Assembly: GCA_902572005.1 (NCBI GenBank)
Contig: CACGEC010000001.1
Span: 21,020-85,019, forward strand
Source: an uncultured Pelagibacteraceae bacterium
GTDB taxonomy: Bacteria; Pseudomonadota; Alphaproteobacteria; Pelagibacterales; Pelagibacteraceae
Length of the DNA stretch: 64,000 bases
Direction of reading: 5' to 3'
In this document: piece by piece, positions 50,461-59,608 of the stretch
How positions within the stretch are numbered: the first letter of the stretch is position 1
How the letters are laid out: every line of letters begins with the position of its first letter
Program-made: the position numbers and the translations under genes
Notes under the pieces: generated by a model
What the model was told of the DNA's origin: nothing
What the model saw: the letters and a program-made list of their open reading frames with translations, nothing else
Database searches by the model: none

Positions 50461-51488
50461 GGGTTAGGATAAATTTTTTGTACATCGTTAATTTCATTTA
50501 TAATTTCTTCTGTTAAATTTATATTTACACTTTCTATATTAGTTTTCAACTGCTCCATTGTAGTTGCACCGATTATGACAGAAGTTACAAAAGGCTGAAT
50601 TTCTAAAAATTTTAATGACATTTGTGCCAAGTCCAATTTATATTTTTTAGCCACCTTATAGTAAGCTTCGATTGCTTTTTCAGCATTAGGCTTGCTATAT
50701 CTAGTCCAAAAATCTTTGTGGAGTGCAATTCTTGATCCTTTTGGTAATTGATTATTTCTATATTTGCCTGAAAGATAGCCGCAAGCAAGTGGAGAGTAAG
50801 CTAAAAGTCCTGATTGTTCTCTAATAGACATTTCTGCAAGACCTACTTCATAAGATCTGTTTAATAAATTGTATGGATTTTGTACTGAAAGCATTCTTGG
50901 AAGATTTTTATTTTTGGATATTTCTAAAAATTTTGACAATCCCCAAGGAGTTTCATTGGATAGACCAACGTGCCTAATTTTTCCTTGATCTATAAATTTT
51001 TTTAGATTTTCTAAAATATCTTCAAATTTAGTCCATTCATCATCGTCTGAATGTTCGTATCCTAATTTACCAAAAAAATTAGTATTTCTCTCTGGCCAGT
51101 GTAATTGATATAAATCAATATAATCAGTTTTTAATCTTTTTAAGCTTCCTTCTAAAGCTTCAGTAATATTTTTTTTCCCAAATTGATTACCACCACCCCT
51201 TACATATTCTCTCATTGGCCCACAAACTTTCGAGGCAAGAATTACTTTATTTCTCTTCTTGGTTTTTTCAAACCAATTACCTATAATTTTCTCTGTGCTT
51301 CCAAAAGTTTCTTCTCTTGGGGGAATAGAATAAATTTCTGCAGTATCCCAAAAGTTTACTCCATGATCTAAAGCGTAATTCATTTGCTTGAAACCTTCAC
51401 CTTCTGTGTTTTGTTCGCCCCAAGTCATTGTTCCGAGACAAATTGTACTTACATTAAGATCTGTATTTCCTAATTTTTTGTAATTCAT
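50451..51488 (-). CDS. Aldo/keto reductase (Tas-like)
   Basis: LGTMTWGEQN, DTAEIY, DLYQLHWP, SNETPWG, YSPL. Confidence 0.93.
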   Translation of the reverse strand: MNYKKLGNTDLNVSTICLGTMTWGEQNTEGEGFKQMNYALDHGVNFWDTAEIYSIPPREETFGSTEKIIGNWFEKTKKRNKVILASKVCGPMREYVRGGGNQFGKKNITEALEGSLKRLKTDYIDLYQLHWPERNTNFFGKLGYEHSDDDEWTKFEDILENLKKFIDQGKIRHVGLSNETPWGLSKFLEISKNKNLPRMLSVQNPYNLLNRSYEVGLAEMSIREQSGLLAYSPLACGYLSGKYRNNQLPKGSRIALHKDFWTRYSKPNAEKAIEAYYKVAKKYKLDLAQMSLKFLEIQPFVTSVIIGATTMEQLKTNIESVNINLTEEIINEINDVQKIYPNPCP

Positions 51489-51527
51489 TTAGTTGTTTTA
51501 GCAAAATTTTTTATCTTTTAAGACATC

Positions 51528-51555
51528 TTGAATAATTAGTAAAAGATTATATATT
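51528..51555 (+). promoter_or_regulatory. Promoter of the YccA/BI-1 gene
   Basis: (C)TTGAAT-N16-TATATT, 9 nt before the ATG. Confidence 0.5.
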
Positions 51556-51564
51556 ATCCATACT

Positions 51565-52326
51565 ATGGAATTCGATAAAAAAGGGATATTAGCAAGAGCA
51601 AAAGCCGCAGCACAAGATACAGCTGTAATGGATGAAGGCTTAAGAGCCTACATGTTAAAAGTTTATAATTATATGGCAACAGGAGTTTTGCTAACAGGAA
51701 TAATTGCGCTTCTTACATTTAAAATGTCAGTTGTTACTGATGCTTCTGGATCTATAGTGGGTTTAACTCAGATGGGTAATGCAATTTATATGTCTGGTTT
51801 AAAATGGCTTGTGATGCTAGCTCCACTCGGGATAGTTTTTTACATGAGTTTTGGAATTAATAAGATGAGCGCATCAAAAGCACAAACAACTTTTTGGATC
51901 TTTGCCGCGTTAATGGGTTTATCATTATCTTCAATTTTATTAATTTACACTGGGATGAGTGTAACCAGAGTTTTCTTTATAACCTCTGCAACTTTTGGAG
52001 CGATGAGTATTTACGGCTATACGACTAAAAGGGATCTAACTAAATTGGGGTCTTTTTTAATGATGGGCCTAATTGGAATTATAATAGCCTCAATAGTAAA
52101 TATTTTTATGAAATCTCCTATGATGTATTTCGTAATCTCAATTCTAGGTGTTTTAATATTTGTTGGGTTAACAGCTTATGATACACAAAAAATTAAAAAT
52201 ATGTACACAGCAAGTGACTCAGGGGAAATAATTGGCAAAAAAGCTGTAATGGGTGCGTTAACTCTTTATTTGGATTTCATAAATTTATTTATAATGCTTC
52301 TTAGACTTTTTGGTCAAAGAAGATAA
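51565..52326 (+). CDS. Bax inhibitor-1/YccA family membrane protein
   Basis: DEGLRAYMLKVYNYM, GYTTKRDL, AYDTQKIK, LYLDFINLF. Confidence 0.94.
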   Translation: MEFDKKGILARAKAAAQDTAVMDEGLRAYMLKVYNYMATGVLLTGIIALLTFKMSVVTDASGSIVGLTQMGNAIYMSGLKWLVMLAPLGIVFYMSFGINKMSASKAQTTFWIFAALMGLSLSSILLIYTGMSVTRVFFITSATFGAMSIYGYTTKRDLTKLGSFLMMGLIGIIIASIVNIFMKSPMMYFVISILGVLIFVGLTAYDTQKIKNMYTASDSGEIIGKKAVMGALTLYLDFINLFIMLLRLFGQRR

Positions 52327-52330
52327 ATTT

Positions 52331-52672
52331 TTAAAGTTTTTTCCAATTAGTATTTTTCAACAACAGACTTAGATTAAAAGAATTCTTTAAAATTTTTCCA
52401 TTTGTATCAGTTATTAAATATTTAAGGTTTTTATTTTTAGGCCTAAAATTTTTACATATTTTATATAAAGCATTTTCTGTAGCATTTTTAAAAACACTAA
52501 AACCTACTTGTTTGCTTGAGATGCTAAGTCCATAATCTTTCCATGAGCCCTCGGAAACCATTTTTGCATAGAGATCTAAAATGATTTTTAATTCATCTTT
52601 TTCAAAAAAATTTTTACCATTTATTTTTTTATCATCTATGTTATTTACTACTAATCTTAAATTGTTATTCAT
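52331..52672 (-). CDS. DUF2794 family protein
   Basis: F...EL..IL.LY..MV..G.WKDY, FSVF. Confidence 0.8.
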   Translation of the reverse strand: MNNNLRLVVNNIDDKKINGKNFFEKDELKIILDLYAKMVSEGSWKDYGLSISSKQVGFSVFKNATENALYKICKNFRPKNKNLKYLITDTNGKILKNSFNLSLLLKNTNWKKL

Positions 52673-53216
52673 TAGATTTGTATTTATTAATTAATCCTAT
52701 TTGGAAGCCAGTAAATATAAATGTTATTGGCAATAAACCCCAAACTTTAAAATTCACCCAAAATTCCTCTGATTGTGTTCTCCACACAAGTTCATTCAAT
52801 ATTGCGAGGCCAAAAAAGAAATATATCCACCTTTTATTAAGAATTTCCCAACCTTCATTAGTTAAAGAAACTGATTTTCCCATTAATTTTTTAAGAACTG
52901 GTTCATTAGTAAAATATTTTCCAAGTATAAGAGCCATTCCAAATAAAATATTTATAATGGTGGGCTTAATATAAATAAAAATTGGATTATCAAAATAAAT
53001 AGTTAATCCCCCGAAAAGAGTAATTAACACACCACTTAATAATGGAACCTTAGGTATTTTTTTTTCTAAGTACCACATTATACCCAATGCTATTATTGTC
53101 GCAATTATGAAAGGGGGAATTGCAATTTTTAAATCTTTTCCACTATCGTAGTAGTAGTAAAAAAAAATTACTAATGGTCCAAAATCGGTAATAAACTTTA
53201 TAAAAGATTTGTTCAC
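52665..53216 (-). CDS. yciB: Inner-membrane septation protein YciB/IspZ
   Basis: DFGPL, FGGLT, KPTI, LNELVW, WVNFKVWG. Confidence 0.92.
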   Translation of the reverse strand: MNKSFIKFITDFGPLVIFFYYYYDSGKDLKIAIPPFIIATIIALGIMWYLEKKIPKVPLLSGVLITLFGGLTIYFDNPIFIYIKPTIINILFGMALILGKYFTNEPVLKKLMGKSVSLTNEGWEILNKRWIYFFFGLAILNELVWRTQSEEFWVNFKVWGLLPITFIFTGFQIGLINKYKSNE

Positions 53217-53269
53217 TACAGAGATATTAACACAAATAATATTTATTCAAAAATTTTAAATTTTTCTTA

Positions 53270-53297
53270 TTGATTTTTATTTTTAAATACCCATACT
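53270..53297 (+). promoter_or_regulatory. RpoH-type promoter of hspQ
   Basis: TTGA...CCCATACT, 7 nt before the ATG. Confidence 0.6.
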
Positions 53298-53304
53298 AAT
53301 AATA

Positions 53305-53625
53305 ATGCCAGTACAAAAAGCAAAATTTTCAATAGGTGACATTGTAAAGCATAAACACTTTGAATTTAGAGGCGTTATATATGATGTTGATTTTGAATTT
53401 AATAATTCAGAAGAGTGGTATCAATCAATACCAAAAAACGTAAGGCCGAGAAAAGACCAGCCTTTTTATCATCTTCTTGCAGAAAATGACGAAATTACTT
53501 ATGAGGCATACGTCTCAGAGCAAAACTTGTTAATGGATGACTCTGACGAACCTATTAAGCATCCATTAATTGAAGAAATTTTTTCAGGAAAAAAAGGATC
53601 TAGTTATTTCAAGCTTTCTAACTAA
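53305..53625 (+). CDS. hspQ: Heat shock protein HspQ (YccV)
   Basis: KFSIG, FRGVIYDVD, RPRKDQPFYHL, YVSEQNL. Confidence 0.94.
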   Translation: MPVQKAKFSIGDIVKHKHFEFRGVIYDVDFEFNNSEEWYQSIPKNVRPRKDQPFYHLLAENDEITYEAYVSEQNLLMDDSDEPIKHPLIEEIFSGKKGSSYFKLSN

Positions 53626-53652
53626 AAATCACTTTTTAAACACAATTAGTTC

Positions 53653-53757
53653 AAATCTTTGACACAGCAATCTGTTAATTTTGGTAATTCTGGTCAAGAG
53701 TGTTAATTATTTGCCCTTCGTTATTATCTCCCTCTACATTCTTGATCAGAAAGATTT
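53653..53757 (+). ncRNA. Candidate structured RNA (unassigned)
   Basis: 16-bp stem 53688-53703/53736-53751 with two G-U pairs on the + strand only; 32-nt pyrimidine-rich loop; extra helices possible. Confidence 0.45.
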
Positions 53758-53799
53758 TTCATAATAAAAATTCATAAATAAATTAAGATAATAATTAAA

Positions 53800-54513
53800 A
53801 TGTTTAAATATTTTGAGCCAAATAAAATTTTTTCTATCACATCAAAAGCACCTAAGTACGTTTTGTTTTTATTTATAGTTATATTTTCCATTGGCTTGAC
53901 TGAAGCACTTATCTTATCTCCAGAAGACTATAAACAAAGTCACTCAGTTAGAATAATGTATGTACACGTTCCTGCAGCATGGATTTCTCTGGGTATTTTT
54001 TCCTCTATAACTTTTTTATCCGTGGTTGGATATATTTTTAAAATCAGAAATTTTTTTTTAATTTCAAAAAGCTTAGCACCTTCTGGTTTGGTTTTTAACA
54101 TCGTTGCTTTAGTAACTGGTTCAATTTGGGGAAAACCAACCTGGGGAACTTGGTGGGCTTGGGATGCTAGAATAACATCTATGTTAATACTCGCTTTATT
54201 TTTTGTAATGTATTTAGTTGCATGGAGAATTTATGAGAATAACGATAATGATAAAGTATATAAAATTACCTCCATTATTACACTTGTAGGAATTATAAAT
54301 ATTCCAATTATTAAGTATTCGGTAGAATGGTGGAATACTCTTCATCAACCAGCCTCAATAAATATTTTGTCAAAATCAGCAATTCACACCTCCATGTTGA
54401 TTCCATTATTGATCATGACTGCGGCATTTGCTCTTTTTTCTCTATTAATTTTTTTAATGAAATATAATACAGAACTGATAAAAATTAAGAACAAAGGCTT
54501 AGATAGATTATGA
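53800..54513 (+). CDS. ccmC: Heme exporter CcmC
   Basis: MYVHVPAAW, WGKPTWGTWWAWDARITS, WWNTLHQ. Confidence 0.97.
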   Translation: MFKYFEPNKIFSITSKAPKYVLFLFIVIFSIGLTEALILSPEDYKQSHSVRIMYVHVPAAWISLGIFSSITFLSVVGYIFKIRNFFLISKSLAPSGLVFNIVALVTGSIWGKPTWGTWWAWDARITSMLILALFFVMYLVAWRIYENNDNDKVYKITSIITLVGIINIPIIKYSVEWWNTLHQPASINILSKSAIHTSMLIPLLIMTAAFALFSLLIFLMKYNTELIKIKNKGLDRL

Positions 54514-54737
54514 TTAACGATTTATTTTTTATGAATGGATACGGACTGTATGTATGGTCCGCTTTTGCATTTACTTTATTAAGTTTTATTTCATTATTTA
54601 TTGTAACAAAAATCCAATACACTAAAGAAAAAAATAAATTTATTGTTAAATTTGGAACTTTAAACTCCGAAAGAGCTTCATTTGCAAAGTCTCAAAGTAT
54701 TAATAAAGAAATTTTATCTAACACTTCAATTATTTAA
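54510..54737 (+). CDS. ccmD: Heme exporter CcmD
   Basis: M.GYGLYVWSAF single TM between ccmC and ccmE. Confidence 0.85.
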   Translation: MINDLFFMNGYGLYVWSAFAFTLLSFISLFIVTKIQYTKEKNKFIVKFGTLNSERASFAKSQSINKEILSNTSII

Positions 54738-54747
54738 CTTTTAAACC

Positions 54748-55167
54748 ATGTATGGTAAAAAAGTTAAATTAAGATTTTTTTTTGTATTATTAGTTTTAAT
54801 TACTTTAATTTTATCTATTTTTTTAATTTTAAAATCACTTGAAGAAAATGTAGTTTATTTTCAATCTCCCTCAGAGATTCAACTTTTGGAGGAAATTGAA
54901 AAAAAAAAGATAAGGGTTGGAGGCATGGTAAAAAATAAATCAATTTCAATCAAAGCCAAAGAGATCAGATTTATTATTACTGACTTCAAAAATGAAATTA
55001 ATGTAACTTACTCTGGAGTAGTTCCAAACCTTTTTAGTGAAGGAAAAGGTGTGGTCGCTGAAGGCTACTTAAAAGATAAAAGTTTTTTTATAGCTACTAA
55101 AATTTTAGCCAAGCATGATGAAAATTATATGCCACCCGAGGTAAAAGCGGCTTTAGAGGAGAAATAA
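54748..55167 (+). CDS. ccmE: Heme chaperone CcmE
   Basis: [28 protein letters not shown]. Confidence 0.96.
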   Translation: MYGKKVKLRFFFVLLVLITLILSIFLILKSLEENVVYFQSPSEIQLLEEIEKKKIRVGGMVKNKSISIKAKEIRFIITDFKNEINVTYSGVVPNLFSEGKGVVAEGYLKDKSFFIATKILAKHDENYMPPEVKAALEEK

Positions 55168-55170
55168 ATT

Positions 55171-57051
55171 TTGTTTAGTTTAATTGGATTTTACGCATTA
55201 ATTTTTGGAATTTGTTCATCACTTTTAATTATTTTGTTTTCAATCAAAAATTTTAAGAATTCCATGATTTTCGATAACAAAATAGTAACATTTACTTTTT
55301 TACAATTTTTTTTCGTTATAATCAGTTTTTTGGGTTTAATTATGTCATTTGTAAATTCAGATTTTAGTAATGAAACTGTTTTTAACCATTCTCATACAAC
55401 AAAACCACTTTTTTATAAAATTTCAGGAACTTGGGGAAATCATGAGGGGAGTTTGTTACTTTGGTTATTAGTATTAACATTATTCATATTTTTATTTTTA
55501 ATAAAATCTAAAGACCAAACTAAGCAATACAGAATTTTGACTTTATTATTTCAACAAATAATTATTATTGGTTTCTTTACTTTTTTGATTAAAACCTCAA
55601 ATCCTTTTAATTATATTTTCCCAATTCCAAATGAAGGCTTAGGACTTAATCCAATACTGCAAGATCCAGCTTTAGCAATTCATCCTCCAATTTTATATTT
55701 AGGTTACGTTGGATCTTCAATAATCTTTTCATCAACGCTAGCAGCTACTACTTTAAACTATATCTCAAAAGAATGGGCAAAGCATATTAAGCAATGGGTT
55801 TTAGTCTCGTGGATTTTCTTAACAATAGGAATTTTATTGGGATCAATTTGGGCATATTATGAACTAGGTTGGGGTGGTTTTTGGTTTTGGGATCCAGTAG
55901 AGAATGTTTCTTTGATGCCTTGGTTAGCTTTAACGACACTTCTTCATTGTATTTTAGTTTTAGAAAAAAGATTAACTCTAACATCTTGGGTAGTTGTTTT
56001 ATCTATATCTACTTTTACATTAAGCATGTGTGGCACATTTTTAGTAAGGTCAGGTATCTTAAATTCTGTTCACACTTTTGCTAATGATCCTGAGAGAGGT
56101 TTGTTTATTTTAATTTTCTTATTTTGCTTAATATTCATGTCTCTTTTTATTTTTTTCTTTTTTCATAAAGTAAAAAATAAAGACTCCAACAGTTTTTTTT
56201 GGCTGAGCAAAGAAACGTCAATTTTAATTAATAATTGGTTTATGATGTATTTTCTAGCAGTAGTTTTAATTGGTACTATTTATCCAATTTTTTTAGAGGT
56301 AATTTCTTCTGAAAAAATTTCTGTTGGACCACCCTTTTATAATAAATTGATAATCCCTTTTTTAATTCCTTTTTTATTTGCTATGGCTATTGGGCCAAAA
56401 CTAAATTGGATAAAGTCAGAACTCGAGAATAAAACATATTTAGTTTTATTTTTAATTTTATCACTCTTGGTTTCAGTGTTCACAATTAAAAACTTAAATG
56501 TAAATTTTTTAATAAATACAGTTTTAGTTACCTCAGCATTTTATTTATTTTTTATTACATTAAGAGATTTTTTTACAAAAAAATTTAAAAACCTATCCCA
56601 AAATATTGCTCATTTTGGTTTTAGTTTATTAATTTTAAGTATTTTGTTTAATAATATATTTTCAACAGAGATTATAACAAACTTAAAAATTGGTGAAACT
56701 TATGAGGGAGCTGAATTCAAAATTAATTTCGAAAAGATAGAACAAAAAAATGAAAAAAATTTTAAAGCAATAATAGGAAAATTTAATATTGAAAATTCAA
56801 ATGGTACTATTGAAAATTTGAGACCAGAATTACGAATATATAATCAACCAAATATTGTAACGAGTGAGGCTGACATAAAAACTAATTTATTGAAGGATAG
56901 TTTCATAACTATGAATCTCGTGCAAAATCAAGATTATTTTAATATTAGATACCAAATCAAACCTTTTATGATTTGGATTTGGTTTTCAGTTTTATTGATA
57001 ACCTTGGGTGGTTTAAAAAGTTTAATTTTAAACAAAAGATATGAAAAGTAA
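55171..57051 (+). CDS. ccmF: Cytochrome c heme lyase CcmF
   Basis: WGNHEGSLL, HPP, WAYYELGWGGFWFWDPVEN, SVHTFA. Confidence 0.97.
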   Translation: MFSLIGFYALIFGICSSLLIILFSIKNFKNSMIFDNKIVTFTFLQFFFVIISFLGLIMSFVNSDFSNETVFNHSHTTKPLFYKISGTWGNHEGSLLLWLLVLTLFIFLFLIKSKDQTKQYRILTLLFQQIIIIGFFTFLIKTSNPFNYIFPIPNEGLGLNPILQDPALAIHPPILYLGYVGSSIIFSSTLAATTLNYISKEWAKHIKQWVLVSWIFLTIGILLGSIWAYYELGWGGFWFWDPVENVSLMPWLALTTLLHCILVLEKRLTLTSWVVVLSISTFTLSMCGTFLVRSGILNSVHTFANDPERGLFILIFLFCLIFMSLFIFFFFHKVKNKDSNSFFWLSKETSILINNWFMMYFLAVVLIGTIYPIFLEVISSEKISVGPPFYNKLIIPFLIPFLFAMAIGPKLNWIKSELENKTYLVLFLILSLLVSVFTIKNLNVNFLINTVLVTSAFYLFFITLRDFFTKKFKNLSQNIAHFGFSLLILSILFNNIFSTEIITNLKIGETYEGAEFKINFEKIEQKNEKNFKAIIGKFNIENSNGTIENLRPELRIYNQPNIVTSEADIKTNLLKDSFITMNLVQNQDYFNIRYQIKPFMIWIWFSVLLITLGGLKSLILNKRYEK

Positions 57052-57559
57052 AATTTTTCAAATTTTTTTAACAATTTTTTTTATTATGATATTTTTTATT
57101 TTTTATAAAGGATTAAAAAATCCAAATATTTATGTACCCAAGAATAGTCTCGAAAAAGATATCCCATCATTTAAGGCAAAAATATTTGATAATAATACCT
57201 TAGTTACTTCAGAAGAAATTTTTAAAAGAGATAAATTTTATTTAATGAATATTTGGGCTTCTTGGTGTTTACCTTGTAGAGAAGAACATCCCTTTTTAAT
57301 GGAACTACATAGTAACAAAAATTTAGAAATCATTGGACTCAATTATAAAGATAAAAAGAAAAATGCTTATAAATTTTTAAAAGAATTAAACAATCCATAC
57401 GAAATAATAATTTTAGATAAAGATGGAACTTTAGCAATTGAATGGGGAGCTTATGGTGTTCCAGAAAGTTTTTTAATTCAAAATCAAAAAATAATAAAAA
57501 AAATTATAGGGCCATTGAATAAAGATTTATTTACTGAAATTAAAAGATTAATAAAATGA
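57041..57559 (+). CDS. ccmG: Thiol:disulfide interchange protein CcmG/DsbE
   Basis: WASWCLPCREEH, NYKD, YGVPESF. Confidence 0.94.
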   Translation: MKSKIFQIFLTIFFIMIFFIFYKGLKNPNIYVPKNSLEKDIPSFKAKIFDNNTLVTSEEIFKRDKFYLMNIWASWCLPCREEHPFLMELHSNKNLEIIGLNYKDKKKNAYKFLKELNNPYEIIILDKDGTLAIEWGAYGVPESFLIQNQKIIKKIIGPLNKDLFTEIKRLIK

Positions 57560-57921
57560 AAAGTATAAAATATCTTATTATAATCGTATTTTTATTTTCT
57601 ACTAGTTTATCTAATGCTCAAGAGAAAGATTTACAAAATAAAATTACAAAAAATTTGCGTTGTTTAATTTGTCAAGGACAATCAGTTTATGATTCTGACT
57701 CAGATTTTGCAAATAGTGTAAAATTATTAATTGAGAAAAAATTAGACGAGGGTCAAAATGAAAAACAGATATACGAATATTTAAAAAATAAATATGGAGA
57801 TTGGATCTTGTATGATCCGAAATTTGATAAAAATACGTATTTTTTATGGTTAATGCCTATATTGCTATTTATAATTGGGGGTGCAATAATAGTGAGATTA
57901 TTTATTATTAAAAAAAATTAA
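57556..57921 (+). CDS. ccmH: Cytochrome c biogenesis protein CcmH (CycL)
   Basis: LRCLICQGQS, YGDWILYDP, LW.MP. Confidence 0.93.
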   Translation: MKSIKYLIIIVFLFSTSLSNAQEKDLQNKITKNLRCLICQGQSVYDSDSDFANSVKLLIEKKLDEGQNEKQIYEYLKNKYGDWILYDPKFDKNTYFLWLMPILLFIIGGAIIVRLFIIKKN

Positions 57922-57934
57922 GTATATTTTTATT

Positions 57935-58447
57935 ATGAATTTAAAACAGAATTATCTAGTTCTATTTTTTATGCTCTGTAGTTTTGGTGTGTTTGCCCAA
58001 GATTTAAAGGTAGAAAAAAAGAATACAGAATTTAATGTTTATACTGGAATGTTTGATTTCAGTGATGATGGCAAAAGGTCAACTTTAGTAGGCTTTCAAC
58101 ATCAAAATGAGGAATTAAACAGAGACACCTTCCTTGGTAATTTGTCTCCAATAACTGGCGCTATGATAACAGCTGATAACGCAACTTATTTTTATACAGG
58201 TGTTCAAGCAAACTATAAAGTTGGAGCTTTAAATATAACTCCAAGTTTTACTCCAGGATATTATAATGAAGGTAATGGTAAAGATTTAGGCCATGCACTT
58301 GAATTTAAGAGTGAAGTTCAGTTGTCAATGAACTTACCAAAAGATAGTCAATTTGGTTTTTCCTATAATCATTTGTCAAATGCGAGCTTAGGAGATAAAA
58401 ATCCTGGGGCAAATAGTTATATGTTCAATTTTCTTAAAAAATTCTAA
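57935..58447 (+). CDS. PagL-like outer-membrane acyloxyacyl hydrolase / lipid A deacylase
   Basis: Signal peptide, beta-barrel pattern, KDLG...EF, HLSNA, NPG, terminal Phe. Confidence 0.8.
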   Translation: MNLKQNYLVLFFMLCSFGVFAQDLKVEKKNTEFNVYTGMFDFSDDGKRSTLVGFQHQNEELNRDTFLGNLSPITGAMITADNATYFYTGVQANYKVGALNITPSFTPGYYNEGNGKDLGHALEFKSEVQLSMNLPKDSQFGFSYNHLSNASLGDKNPGANSYMFNFLKKF

Positions 58448-58456
58448 GTTTACTTT

Positions 58457-59608
58457 ATGAAACTAAATGACTGTCACAATTATAGTGACTTTAGAAAATT
58501 AGCAGAAAAAAAATTACCTTCACCAATATTTCACTATATTGATGGAGCTGCAGACGATGAGATTACATATGCGAGAAATACAAGTGCATTTGATGATGTT
58601 GATTTAGTTCCTAATGTTTTAAGAGGAGTTGAAAATGTTGATTTATCAACTACAATCTTTGGAAAAAAATTAGATTTACCTTTTTATCTTTCACCAACTG
58701 CGCTCCAAAGACTATTTCATTATGATGGTGAAAGAGCAGTCGGAAAAGCAGCAAAAAAATTCAATACAATGTTTGGTGTTTCTGCTTTGGCAACTGTAAG
58801 TGTGGAGGAAATTTCTTCTATGATTGATACTCCAAAAATGTTTCAGTTTTATTTTCATAAAGATAGAGGTTTAAATGATTCTTGTTTAGAAAGAGCTAAG
58901 GCAGCTAAATTTGATGTTATGGCTCTTACAGTTGATACAATTACTGGCGGAAACCGTGAAAGAGATTTGAGGACAGGTTTTACTTCTCCTCCAAAATTAA
59001 CATTATCAAGTTTATATAGTTTTGCTACAAGACCAATGTGGGGAATAAATTATTTAACTAAAGGGAAGTTTGAGTTACCTCATCTTCAAGACCATGTAAA
59101 AGAAGGTACTGACGTGAACACTTCAATTGGAAATTATTTTTCTACAATGCTAGATCAATCGATGAATTGGAAAGATGCTGAAAAACTTTGTGCTCAATGG
59201 GGTGGTCATTTTGCATTGAAAGGAGTTATGAGCGTTGAGGATGCAAAGAAAGCAGTTGATATAGGCTGTACCGGTATAATGGTTTCAAATCATGGTGGAA
59301 GACAGCTCGATGGATCAAGAGCACCCTTTGATCAATTAGCAGAAATTGTGGATGCTGTTGGAGACAAATTGGATGTAATATGCGAAGGTGGAATTCATAG
59401 AGGAACCCATATGCTTAAAGCACTGTCGCTAGGTGCTAAAGCATGCTCAGGTGGAAGACTTTATTTGTATGCTTTAGCCGCTGGAGGTCAAGCAGGTGTT
59501 GAGAGAGCCATTGAAAAATATCAGGCAGAATTAGTTCGAGATATGAAATTAATGGGATGCACTAAAATAAGTGACTTAAATAGAGACAACTTAAGATTTA
59601 GAAAATAG
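58457..59608 (+). CDS. FMN-dependent alpha-hydroxy acid oxidase/dehydrogenase, paralog 1
   Basis: HYIDG, TVDT, GNRE, LKG, SNHGGRQLDG. Confidence 0.94.
   Translation: MKLNDCHNYSDFRKLAEKKLPSPIFHYIDGAADDEITYARNTSAFDDVDLVPNVLRGVENVDLSTTIFGKKLDLPFYLSPTALQRLFHYDGERAVGKAAKKFNTMFGVSALATVSVEEISSMIDTPKMFQFYFHKDRGLNDSCLERAKAAKFDVMALTVDTITGGNRERDLRTGFTSPPKLTLSSLYSFATRPMWGINYLTKGKFELPHLQDHVKEGTDVNTSIGNYFSTMLDQSMNWKDAEKLCAQWGGHFALKGVMSVEDAKKAVDIGCTGIMVSNHGGRQLDGSRAPFDQLAEIVDAVGDKLDVICEGGIHRGTHMLKALSLGAKACSGGRLYLYALAAGGQAGVERAIEKYQAELVRDMKLMGCTKISDLNRDNLRFRK

Noticed and set aside
53724-53762. 12-codon minus-strand ORF (MKNLSDQECRGR) in the hspQ-ccmC spacer, or 6S/SRP identity for the spacer RNA
   Set aside because: ORF too short with no support; the spacer lacks the SRP GGAA domain and the usual zapA-ygfA context of 6S RNA
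53800-57921. ccm cluster lacking ccmA, ccmB and ccmI as a defective system
   Set aside because: These genes are often encoded at separate loci in alphaproteobacteria; cannot be judged from this window
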